This document shows, in pieces, positions 27,760 to 39,139 of a stretch of 64,000 nucleotides of DNA. The DNA is from Chiloscyllium plagiosum (Eukaryota), in contig NW_025215381.1 of NCBI RefSeq assembly GCF_004010195.1, positions 705,766 through 769,765 on the forward strand, in the 5' to 3' direction. The stretch's first letter is position 1, and each line of letters starts with the position of its first letter. The notes below the pieces were generated by a model. The model was not told where the DNA came from. It did no database searches and saw nothing but the letters and a program-made list of their open reading frames with translations. Position numbers and translations under genes: made by a program.

Positions 27760-29320
27760 TGAGAATCCAGGATGGTGTGTTGCCTCCCTGGTGTCAGGGT
27801 CAAATATGTCTGAGCCTGCACAGGATATTCTGAAGGAGGAGGGTAAGCAGTCAGAGGTCATGGTCCATATTGGTACTACCAACAAAGGCAGAAAAAGGAG
27901 ATAAGGCACTGCAAAGGGAATTTAGGGTGTTAGGTGGGAAATTGAAAAATCGGACTGATCAATTTGTAATCTTGGGATTACCCCATGTGCCACATGCTAT
28001 TATCAGGGAGTTGCAATACTGATTAAGGAGAATGTCACAGCTGTACAAAGGATGGACGTCTTGGAGTGATGTGGGGAAATATCAGTAGAACTTAGCAGTA
28101 AGAACTATGCAGTCACTATGGAGTTAAACTATAGGCCTCCCAATAACCAGCAGGATTTAAAGGAACAGATATGTAAGCAGACCATGGAAAAATGTTAAAC
28201 ACCACAGTTGTAGTTGTGGGTGATTTTAATTTCCCAAAATGTTGTCTGGGGTTCCCTTAGCAGCAAGAGCTTAGAATTCGAGGTGCAACCAGGAGGGATT
28301 CTTGAATCGAAATGTAGATAGTCAAACTCAGGAAAGGCTGTAGAAGACCTGGTATTGGGGAATGAGCCTAACCAGGCGAGTGAAGTTGCACTGGGGGGTG
28401 AATTTTGGAACAGTGATCATAATTCCATTAGTTTTCAGATAGTTATGGAAAAAGGATAAGACTGGCCCTTGGGTGAAAATGCTCAATTGGAGCAAGGCTA
28501 ACAGCAGTATTAGCTTGGAACTGAAAAATATTTTATGGGGGTGGGTAATCAGTTTGAAGGTAAATCCACATCCAACATGTGCTTGTCTTTTAAAGGTCAG
28601 TTGACCAGAGTTTATAACCAGCATGTTCCTGTGTGGAAGAAAGGAGAGGATGGCAAGATTTGAGCGCCTTGGATGATGAGAAACATTCTAAGTTTAAAGG
28701 AAAAGGAAAAATGTTAGATTTAAGAAACAAATCAAAGGCAGCCTTTGAGTATAAAGGAAACAAGAAAGAAATGTAAAGAAAATAGGAAGGATAGAAGGTC
28801 ATAAATGTCCTTGGCAAGTAGAATCACAAGGTATTTATATATACAGAGCACAAGGGTAACTGGGAAAAAGCTATGTCCAATCAAGTACAAGGAGGGAATT
28901 TACATATGGAACCAGAGGAAGTAGTTGAACACCTTGAGTACTTTGCATTAGTATTCACAAAGGAGAAACATGGATGATGCCAAGTTTAAAGCAGCATTTG
29001 TTGATATTTTTAAAGCATGTAGATATTAAAGGTGGTGGTGCTGGTGTTGGGTAACCTGAAACATTACAGTAGATAAATCCCCAGGGCCTGATGGGAATCT
29101 ATCCCAGAATACTGAAGGAAATTAGAAAAGATCGCCAAGGCCTCAACAGATCTTCACACCCTTTTTAGTAGCTGGCAAGCTACCAGAACACTGGCTTCTG
29201 GTGAGGACCACAGGGATAATCCAGGAAATTTTAGGTCAATGAGCCTTAAGTCAATTTTAGGGAAATTCAGGGAGAAGATTCAGAGGAACAGGATTTACTT
29301 GCAGTTGGAAAAGGATACTT
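27760..29320 (+). mobile_element. Old CR1 (ORF1 esterase and ORF2 5' half)
   Basis: MVCCLPG..V, HIGTT, VVGDFNFP, SDHNSI. Confidence 0.8.
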
Positions 29321-29986
29321 AAGGTGGGCTGACAAGCCTGCTCCTGTACTCAATATGCAAGCATGTTGGAGGGGATTGCTAGAACTTTATTTTCTAGCTC
29401 AAAGTTGCTTAACACAAGTTCATTTGAGTAACATCTACTGACTAAGATTCTGCAACCGTTTGAGGATTTCTAAATATTTTGTTAAAACATGTTTATTTAA
29501 CCATGGTTTAGTAACAGATTTAAGAATATGTCAACATTTTGCTTTGTTGGAAATGTTGTTTTGAATGTGTATAACTTGCTTATATCAAGTTATGCATTTT
29601 AGTAACTTGCAAAGTGATTTTAAGAACACCTGCATTTTGGAGCTGGAACTGGTTTTACTTGCAGACAGCTGCTTATCTCACTGAGTTACGTACTTTAGTC
29701 ACATGCAGATTAAGAGTATATCAGCATGGAGGGAATGACTACTAGATTGATTTTGTTGCACAAAGTTGTGTAGCTCACTTTAGAAATCACATCAGATTAA
29801 CAAAATGCTAGTACACTCTTAATGATAGCAGGAACTTTTGATTTGCTGATTAAAGTTGCTTATCTCAGTTATACATTTTTATAACAGACTTGAAGATGGC
29901 CACCTTTGGGAGAATTATTGAAGTGTGATGCTGACAAAGTCAGGATTGCTGAAAGTGTTGATTCAGTTGCACAACTTGCTCATGTC

Positions 29987-30800
29987 GAAACTTTATTGCT
30001 GGAACAGCACAGCAGGTCAGGCAGCATCCAGGGAACAGGAGATTCGACGTTTCGGGCACAGGCCCTTCAGGAATGAGCAGAGTGTTCAGCAGGAGAAGAT
30101 AAAAGGTAGGGAGGAGGGACTTGGAGGAGGGGCATTGGAAATGTGATAGGTGGAAAGAGGTCAAGGTGAGGGTGATAGGTCAGAGTAGGATGGAGGCAGA
30201 GAGGTCAAGAAGACGACTGCAGGNNNNNNNNNNNNNNNNNNNNNNNNNNNNNNNNNNNNNNNNNNNNNNNNNNNNNNNNNNNNNNNNNNNNNNNNNNNNN
30301 NNNNNNNNNNNNNNNNNNNNNNNNNNNNNNNNNNNNNNNNNNNNNNNNNNNNNNNNNNNNNNNNNNNNNNNNNNNNNNNNNNNNNNNNNNNNNNNNNNNN
30401 NNNNNNNNNNNNNNNNNNNNNNNNNNNNNNNNNNNNNNNNNNNNNNNNNNNNNNNNNNNNNNNNNNNNNNNNNNNNNNNNNNNNNNNNNNNNATCCCTCC
30501 AGTCCGGCACCGCCTTCCTGACCTGCAGTCTTTTTCTTGACCTCTCCGCCTCCATCCTACTCCGACCTATCACCCTCACCTTGACCTCTTTCCACCTATC
30601 ACATTTCCAACGCCCCTCCTCCAAGTCCCTCCTCCCTACCTTTTATCTTCTCCTGCTGAACACTCTCTGCTCATTCCTGAAGGGCCTGTGCCCGAAACGT
30701 CGAATCTCCTGTTCCCTGGATGCTGCCTGACCTGCTGTGCTGTTCCAGCAATAAAGTTTCAACTTTGATCTCCAGCATCTGCAGACCTCACTTTCTCCCC
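29987..30800. mobile_element. Fold-back Penelope-derived element with arms over 230 bp; centre falls in a gap
   Basis: Near-perfect inverted arms; 15-bp TSD caacttgct(c/t)atgtc at 29972-29986 and 30801-30815. Confidence 0.9.
30224..30492. other. Assembly gap at the centre of an inverted repeat
   Basis: N run. Confidence 1.
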
Positions 30801-31974
30801 CAACTTGCTTATGTCACCAAGTTATGCATTTTGGTAGTCTACAGATGTTAAGAATATACTAAAGAGAATTGGTGGAACTTAATTTTCTGGTATACTTGCT
30901 TAATTCAACAAAGTTTACCTTAAACCTCAAATGTTAGCATATGTTGCAAATTTCCATTTCTACACAAAGTGGTTTATCTCACCTAGTTACACATCCACCT
31001 AACCATTAAGTGTGCCAGAAATTGAGATTTCCTTGGAGTTAGTTATCTCTATCTTACACATTTTATTGACATTTACAAACAATCATGAACTCTACCCGAT
31101 GAAGAAACAGCACTTTGAAAGCTTGAAATTTCAAATTAACCTGTTGGACTATAACCTGTGTTTTGTGACTTCTGACTTAGTCCACCCGAGTCTAACACTG
31201 GTACCTCCACATCAAGAACATACCAACATTGGAGAGAGTTAAACCTGTTGGACTATAACGATGTGTGATTTATAACATTGGAGAGGTTTGTTACAACTGG
31301 ATTTCCTTGTGCAAAGTTGCTTATCTCTTAAGATGTTAAAATGCAAACCAACGTTTTGGAAAGTTTCACGAAAAATGTTACAAAGTTGTCTCACTAAGTT
31401 ACACATTTTATTAACAGATGAATTTGCTAGTATTCTGGAGAAAATTGCTAGAAAGATTTAATTTGTTGTGCAAAGTGCTTAATTCTGGAATTGTGTCAAT
31501 GGTTCCAATAATTCACCTACTGCTAGAGTCTCTTACTGTAAAAATAGAGAAACTTTGCCTTCCTCCAGTCTGGATCGAAGCATTAAATGAAGGCATTCTG
31601 TACACTTTCAAAATTCAGATATGAAGACTCCAGGAACAGCAGGACTTCAATCTTACCCCAATGAGGCATGACACTGCTTTTGAAGGCTGTGTGTTCAAGG
31701 ACTGCCACCCAGCTCATCTTATTCCATCAAAACTATCCAATGAATTTAAATTGACCAGTAAATTTTCAAAAAAGGGAACCAGTGTTTAACAGATATTTTG
31801 ATAGGTCCATAAATAGGAAAGGTTGAAAGATATGGGCCAAGCACAAACAGGTAGGATTGTTTAGTTCAGGATTATGGTCAGCATGGACTGCTTAGACCAA
31901 AGGGTCTACTTCCATGCTGTATGCTTGACTCCATAAATACTTGAAGGCTGAAAGATTTGCAAGACTATGGGGAT

Positions 31975-32160
31975 ACCCTATCCTACATTTACCCCTGACT
32001 AATGCACCTAACCTACACATCCCTGAACACTGTGGGCAATTTAGCGTGGCCAATTCACCCTAACCTGCACATCCTTGGATTGTTGGAGGAAACCAGAGCA
32101 AACCCACGCAGACAGTTGCCAGAGGCTGGAATCAAACCCTGGCACTGAGCTACTGTACCA
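31975..32160 (-). mobile_element. HE1-type V-SINE fragment just downstream of the ybx2 poly(A) site
   Basis: gggcaatttagcgtggccaattcacc body. Confidence 0.8.
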
Positions 32161-32219
32161 CCCTGCTGTCCAACCAGTTTAAAACAGCCAAATGAACAGA
32201 TCTAGGATGCAAACCAGCT

Positions 32220-32489
32220 GATCTTTAGCAAGCAGTTTTTTATTGCACATCACCCTAAATCAGCACATGAACAAAGTAAATCCAAATCATGCAAACTGTG
32301 CAGTGTCCAGGACAAAGTGTCATGTATACAAAGTCTTCCAAGGAAGGAAAAACATTTTAGAAATCCAAGTGCTGTTAAATCAGAAAGAAAATATCCCAAA
32401 AGTCAGGGTCACAACATACATTACGGCTGTCCAAGTTTGTTTCACCCTATACCCACAATCTTAAGAGTTTCAAGTGCAGTTAGCAAAAC
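32220..32489 (-). other. ybx2: ybx2 exon 11, 3' UTR
   Basis: ctgac branch point, poly-T tract and ctgctacag| acceptor; U-rich unique sequence ending in AATAAA. Confidence 0.8.
32239..32244 (-). terminator. Polyadenylation signal AATAAA
   Basis: tttatt on + strand at the end of the terminal exon. Confidence 0.75.
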
Positions 32490-32630
32490 CTGTAGCAGAA
32501 AAAAAAAGTCAGTCAGCGTTGTTTTTTTGTTAACAGCAAGAACTTTACCAACATACACTGAATCCAATTCAGACAGACAAAACAAAGTTAGGACAAGAGG
32601 TAATTGCTGCAGCTAGGATAGTGTTTTATG

Positions 32631-33050
32631 GGAGATGTCTAAGGAAAAGAAATTCTGAAGTCCCTCGTAGCCGGAGGTGTGGTCACCAATGGAAGTCAGG
32701 GGGATGCACAAGAAGCTAGAGTTTGATAGGTTGTAAGAGATTGCAAAGTAGGTTGGAGTCAAGAGACAGTGAGGTCTGCAGATGCTGGAGATCAAAGTTG
32801 AAACTTTATTGCTGGAAGAGCACAGCAGGTCAGGCAGCATGGAGATGTCTAAGGAAAAGAAATTCTGAAGTCCCTCGTAGCTGGAGGTGTGGTCACCAAT
32901 GGAAGTCAGGGGGATGCACAAGAAGCTAGAGTTTGATAGGTTGGAAGAGATTGCAAAGTAGGTTGGAGTCAAGAGACAGTGAGGTCTGCAGATGCTGGAG
33001 ATCAAAGTTGAAACTTTATTGCTGGAAGAGCACAGCAGGTCAGGCAGCAT
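32631..33050. repeat. Tandem duplication, 2 x 210 bp (32631-32840 and 32841-33050)
   Basis: Copies differ at two positions seen (gccgg/gctgg, ttgtaa/ttggaa). Confidence 0.95.
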
Positions 33051-33190
33051 CCAGGGAACAGGAGATTCGACGTTTCGGGCACAGGCCCTTCTTCAGGTTC
33101 CTGAAGAAGGGCCTGTGCCCGAAACGTCAAATCTCCTGTTCCCTGGATGCTGCCTGACCTGCTGTGTTGTTCCAGCAATAAAGTTTCAAC
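32975..33190. mobile_element. Fold-back Penelope-derived mini-element with back-to-back hammerhead cores, in ybx2 intron 10
   Basis: Centre cttcagg-tt-cctgaag; CTGAAGA-A-GGGC-ctgt-GCCC-GAAA-CGTC on both strands; TSD tggagtcaaga at 32964-32974 and 33191-33201. Confidence 0.92.
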
Positions 33191-33681
33191 TGGAGTCAAG
33201 ACCACAGGAGGTGCAAATTAAAGAGGCCAGCAGCACATTGTGGATGGACTGAGACTCATGGATAAGGAGAAATTAAGACAAATTGAAGTGCAAAAGAAAA
33301 CAAAATGAAGCCCAACTGGAATAAAGCAGCTAGATGAGCTTTTCAGCAACACATGGACGCAGAAAGGGGGAGATGGGAGACATAGCAGTAATGGAGGTCA
33401 AAATGCTGCAGTCTGAATGTGAAAGTCAGCTGAGGGACCAAGGTTCTGAAAGTGCTGGTTCAATGGCCAGCAGAGAATGGAGTTTAGAGCAAGTGTTGAA
33501 AGCAGCAGCTTTAAACTTCAATATTTAAAAATCAAATTTTCTGATCCATCCAGATCATGTTCAGTAGAAACTAATTTCACAGCTGGTCTGTAATGTGACA
33601 AAATAAATAGCTACTGTGTTGATCCTATTGTAAGACTTGTCAAACACTCAGGCTTACCATTTTAATCTGGGCACCTTCATC

Positions 33682-33756
33682 TCAGGCATGGCTTTGCTCC
33701 TGATCTGTTTTCATACTGGGAGCTATGCCAAACTGGTCTGGCACAGGATCTGTTAT
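33682..33756 (-). CDS. ybx2: ybx2 exon 10 coding part: ITDPVPDQFGIAPSMKTDQEQSHA* (exon continues to 33658)
   Basis: ctctccctctgcag| acceptor; TGA at 33684-33682; ATG|gtaagc donor 24 nt after the stop, so NMD-safe. Confidence 0.8.
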   Translation of the reverse strand: MTDPVPDQFGIAPSMKTDQEQSHA

Positions 33757-35050
33757 CTGCAGAGGGAGAGTAATGAAATTAAACTCACCTGCAATATCCA
33801 ACATTTCCAAACTCTGAACATAAGGTTGGGGGTTGTAGATGGAAAGGTGTGCATGTTTGCAACCTTTGTCAAGTTGAGACAAAACACGTTCAGAAAGGGA
33901 CCATGAGTCAAGTGGCCTCCACCTGCATTGTATCAATGATTCTGCAAGAAAGGAAACTTGCTAGTCTTCCTGTCAAAAGAGACTGCAGAAATAAGCATTT
34001 GAGGAACTGAGATGTGGGAGGGGGGGGGGTGGTGATGAAAGCAGAGGTGGAAGGGGTATGCAAATTTAAGGCTGTCCAATTTTTGGATGGGTCAAGAGTG
34101 TGGTACTGTGTGGTACACAGGTCAAGCAGCATCCAAGGAGCAACAAATCAACATTTCAGGCATAAGCCCTTGATCAGGGAACATCGATTCTCCTGCTCCT
34201 GATGCTGAGGAACCTGCTGCGCTTTTTCAGCATATACTGATCTCCAGCATCTGCAGTTATTACTTTCCACTGATGTTTAGATGGGGACTATGAAAGAAAG
34301 TTTCAGGGATCTATCCAATTATGAGGAATTTTGACAAATAAATGGGCTGAATGGTTTCATGTCAATGTAATAAATATTTTAAAATCCAATCTCTCAACAG
34401 CTCTAACATTATCCTAGCAGGAAAAACTAAAACCAATGGGCTTTTTTCTCCAAAGAGGAAAGACTGGCGTGAGTTGATTAATGTTTTAAAATGAAGTGTT
34501 TGTGATATCTTCACATCTGCCCTGTTTCCACTTGAGACAGGGGGGTGGGGGAGGAGAAGACCAGAATTGGGTCAGACAGTAGCTAATAACTCCCATGGAT
34601 TCAGGAGAAATTTCTTTACCCTAAGTGGGGGGTATGTGGCACTCCCTTCACCAAAATGTGACTCAACTCACAGCAGACCTAAGGGGCAGCTTTTTCACTC
34701 AGAGGGTGGTACGTGTATGGAATGAGCTGCCAGAGGAAGTGGTGGAGGCTGGTACAATTACTACATTCAAAAAGGCATCTGGATGGGTATATGAATAGGA
34801 AGTGTTTAGAGGGATATGGACTGAGTGCTGGCAGATGGGACTAGATTAATTTAGGATTTCTGGTCAGCACGGATGAGTTGGATCAAAAGGTCAGTCTGTG
34901 CTGTACATCTGTGACAGGAGTGGGAGGGACAAATGTCAACACATTTGAAGTGGAAGCAGGACTGACATGAGGGAGAAAGGAATGAAGTGATATGCCAGTA
35001 AGGGGCATGAGTAGAGATACAAGCATGAAGCAAATGAGCCTCAATATAAT

Positions 35051-35356
35051 GGGGTGGCATGGTGGCAGTGGTTAGCACTGCTGCCTCAGTGCCAGAGACC
35101 TGGGTTCAATTCTCACCTCCGACAGCCATCCGTGTGGAGTTTGCACATTCTCCCAGTGTCTGCATGGGTTTCCTCCAGGTGGCTTCCTCCCACAGTCCAA
35201 AAATATGCAAGTCAGGCGAATTGGCCATGCTAAATTTCCCATAGTGTTAGGTGAAGGGGTAAATGTAGGGGAATGGGTCTAGGTGGGTTGCTCTTCGGAG
35301 GGTCAGTGTGGACTTGTTGGGCCTGCTTCCACACTATGGAATCTAACCTAATCTAT
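35051..35356 (+). mobile_element. HE1-type V-SINE (intron 9)
   Basis: A and B boxes, V-domain, taatc tail. Confidence 0.88.
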
Positions 35357-37027
35357 TGCTATGCTGAGCATTCCAATTAGATCTGCCAAGAGACATCTGC
35401 CAAAAGAAACAGGAAAAAAAGTGGATTGACTTGTACAAAAAAGTCAATACATTCTAAAATTCAGGCATGATCAGACAGGCCTTGAGGTGGAGTAACACAA
35501 AGGGAGGCCAGTTGAGGAAGTGCAAAGTTAGCAGGATAGGTGTCATGATGGAACAGTCGCTGAAGGTTGTCATGCAGGCAGAGAGGAAAGCTAATGGTGT
35601 GCTGGCTTTCATAGTAAGAGGTTTTGGAGTATGGAATACAGATGTCTTGCTGCAGTTATATAGGGCCTTGGTGAGACCACACCTTGAATGCTTATTCAGT
35701 TTTGGTCTCCTAGTCTGAGAATGGACCTTGCTATTGGAGGAGTCCAGCAAAGGTTCACCAGACTGTCTCCTGGCATGGCAAGACTGACATGAGGAAACAT
35801 TTAGAAAGATGGGGGGGTAGAGAAAAGGGTCTCAAAATCCTGATGTCACTAGACAAGCTAGATGCAGAAACATGTTCCTGATGTTGTGGCAGTCCAGAAC
35901 AATGGGTCAGTCTAAGAATAGAGGTAAGCCATTTAGGACTGAGAAGAGGAAGAATTTCACTCAATTGTGAACTTGTGGCTTTCTCCCACAGGAAACTGTT
36001 CAGGCCAGATAAATTCAAGGAGCTGGATGTGGTGCTTGCAGCTTAAGGAATGAAGTAGTATGGTGAGGAAGCAGGAATACGATGCTGAAACTTTATGATC
36101 AGCTGTGATTGTATTGAATGTGGTGTCAGCTCAAAAAAGGACTGTTGAACAGCTTACTTTGTTGGATAGACAGTGAGCAGGGAGATCTTGTATTTAAGAT
36201 TGTGAAAAGCAGGAGCAACAGCTGGCAGGAGAGATGCACAGGGAGACCTAAGGAGCTATGAGGGTGTTGCATTTGACCAAAAAAGACAAACAGATAATAC
36301 AGTCTTTAAAATTGTATTATCCCTTGCCCAGTGTTTAGGGCTCTGCAGTCAGCATTCAAATGCAAAGTTTGAAGGACAGCAGAGTTAGCAATGCATATGG
36401 AATCAGCCTCAGGTATTAGGTTCAGGAGACAAAAACAAACATTACATTGGGCCATAAAGATTTGGTTTGGCCCAACTGCAACATTTGGTCAGACCTTAAG
36501 ATTTGAGGTCTGCCAGGATACAGAAGATTTCCTAGAATTATCTAGAAATGAAGGAGTCTGTAAGAATGGATGAGTTAGGCCAAAGAGCCCCATTTCCACA
36601 CAAAAGTTATGGCTGGGTTTAGTGACAAGGTTGCTTTGGAGAAGTTGAGCTTGTAGTCAGAGTGAAAGAAATTGAGGGGCTGTGTAGGCAGTGACAAGTT
36701 TGGATAAACCAGACAAAAAACTGTTCCCATTCATTGTACAAATATCACAGACTTAAGCCAAGATATGGCAAGGAGATGATTGAGGTCGAAGGAATTTTAC
36801 AGCAAATGATCTGGAACTCAATGCCTAGGAAGGGGCTGGAAACAGACCATGAACAATGTCAAAAGGAGATAGGAAATAAAAATTTGCAGGAGCTGAGGAA
36901 ACTAAATGGCTCTACAAAGCAGGCACTCTATGGGCTGAATGGCTGTGCTGCAGTGACTGGCTATCACTCGGGCAGTACTGAAGAAACACTAAACTTTAAA
37001 CATTGCCAACCCCAAAAAGATGCTTAC

Positions 37028-37246
37028 ATTGAGAAGTTGAGTTTCTGTAGACTCCTGGGTCATGACATTTTGTGGTTCTGTGCTCACTACTGTGGAGGCA
37101 GCCTCTGTTGAAACTGTAAGTTCTTTAGTCACCTGCATTTCTGGAAGAGCCGTGACTGGACCTGGGACAGGAACAGGAAGTGTTTCTGAAGCTCCTTCAA
37201 TTAAGGTCCCAGAGACTGAACTGTCAGTTGGAGTATCCTTCTGTTC
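37028..37246 (-). CDS. ybx2: ybx2 exon 9 (219 nt): acidic T/S/E/P/V-rich segment EQKDTPTDSS...QESTETQLLN
   Basis: cttccctaaaag| acceptor and AAT|gtaagc donor; 73 open codons in phase 0 within non-repeat sequence. Confidence 0.75.
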
Positions 37247-39139
37247 CTTTTAGGGAAGATTGCAAAACAGACATTACTCAAGTCCTCGGAGTAAGGCCTG
37301 ACCTGAAATTTTTCTCAAGTAACTTAGTACCCAAATATAATCAAACAGAATCACCATATCATGAGATTGATTCACCCTTAAACAAGATCATGCCAAAATA
37401 AAAAGGGAGTGTTAAAATGGTTTCATTTATATATCTGAGCTCTCACTATGTATTAATACACATGTGGTTAAAGGAGCTAGACAAGGCAAATCACTCAATT
37501 TGTTGGTCAAACTGGTGTACAGGAAGATCCCACGAACAGCTAATATTTAGCTGCTTGTTTGCTTGTGATGGCAAAGGAATCTCACCATCCACCTAGCCCT
37601 CAAATCAGTTTGGAAAATATTATAGCCTACACAGCCATTGAACAACTGGGTCCATGCCAGTGCTTCTGCAGCATAATCCTCCCAACCTCTCATCTCACCC
37701 AGTATGCTGTTTTAGTTTATCAAAACTCCCTTCAATACTATGCCCCTTGACTCTGGAAGCAAGTCCCCCATTCTCCCCACAATCCAGGTGAATACCTTTC
37801 TGAATTCCTGACAGTCTTGTATGACACGGATTCTGTCAGCCACTGTTTATACTGACCAACCACTAAACTATACTAATCCATTTACCTATACTTGGTCCAT
37901 GTCCTATGTCTTTACATAGGAAGTGCTCATCCAGATGCTTAAATGGTGCCAAATGATTTTCTGCCTGGATAGCTCTTGTGAAGTGAGCAGTTGATTAAAC
38001 ATGCTATTCTCTGCATCATTGATTCCCCAGAGAGACCACCTGCAGCTGATGGCCTAAAGTCCTGAGGCAAAGTCAAAAAGTGATTGTCCTCATGTCCAGC
38101 AGACCAAGGATGAAGGCTTTACAGTTGAGGCAGTTGTCCACAGCTACAGAAAAATAAAAACTTTTCATCTTGCACTAACAAACATGACCCAATTTAACTA
38201 CCATAGACAAAGCATTCTTTTTGGGGCCCTCAGATGTGGTAGTGTTTCTAACTCTAAACTGAGGGGCCTGGATTCAAAGGTCCCACCTGCTCCAGAGGTG
38301 AACATCTGAACAGGTGGATTAGAAATGTAAGATTGTTGATTGGCAGAGGATTTGGCAAAGTGAACCTTCTCACTGGTCAAAAATAACTAGCCAGCCCTGC
38401 ACAAAAACAGTTACAAGTTGCATTATCCCTCATTAATGAATGATGTTTGATACAATATTCATATTCATGTGTAGACTGAAGTCCCTAGTTGAATGCAGTT
38501 TGAACTGACCAAATGGTTTGAATTGCTATAGCCAGCCCTTTGTATTTAAAGTACACTGAAGGACAGCTTCATACATGCAAAGACTACAGAGCCTACATTC
38601 ATGCAGTCCAATGTTGCAACTTTAGACAGGCTGAAGGGAGCCACATGTGTACATTAGTATGTTAACACTATTTTCTGAATCTATGAATATAAAACTGAAT
38701 AGACTAGTGAGCTGAGCAGGGCATTACCAAAAACATTTCAATCTGGTCAACATGGACAAGTCAGACCAAAGGGTGTTTCCATGTTTTATATTTCTATGAA
38801 GAGCTATTCCAGAAGAGATGGGTAAATTGGGAAGACTAACGAGGCAAGCAATTACACTAATAGTAAGAATCTGGAAAGTTTAAAAATCAGAAGGACCTTG
38901 GCATACATTTCAATAGATCCCTCAAGATAGCAGGGCACTTACATAAGATGGTTAAGGCAGTATATGAGATATTTATCTTTAGCAGGGATGTAGAATACAG
39001 AGCAGAGAGGTGAATTGTATTTGTTAGATCACAATAGGAGGACCATATCGAGACACCACAGGATGTGATCGAGAAAGATTGATTGTACTAGAGGGCAGAG
39101 GAGATTCACCAGGATGCTACCTCAGCTGGAGTGTCTGAA

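Larger units (their letters stand above)
29355..31490. repeat. Degenerate tandem array, about 14 units of ~70-100 bp, interrupted by three PLE insertions
   Basis: Recurring core caaagttgcttatctcactaagttacacatttt near 29401, 29571, 29663, 29761, 29852, 29971, 30891, 30965, 31036, 31312, 31381, 31471. Confidence 0.75.

Noticed and set aside
29355..31490. CRISPR array or decayed LRR-coding repeats (one unit reads KLNLSSNFL on -)
   Set aside because: Eukaryotic context with no cas genes; linkers are homologous to each other; indels break frame and other units do not keep the LRR pattern.
1..32200. Exons of a neighbouring gene such as slc2a4
   Set aside because: No transporter-like or other host coding exon recognised; small exons could have been missed by eye.
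32442..32489. Last exon as coding (VLLTALETLKIVGIG*)
   Set aside because: Exon 10 has good splice sites and supplies the stop. This reading would need exon-10 skipping, for which I have no evidence.
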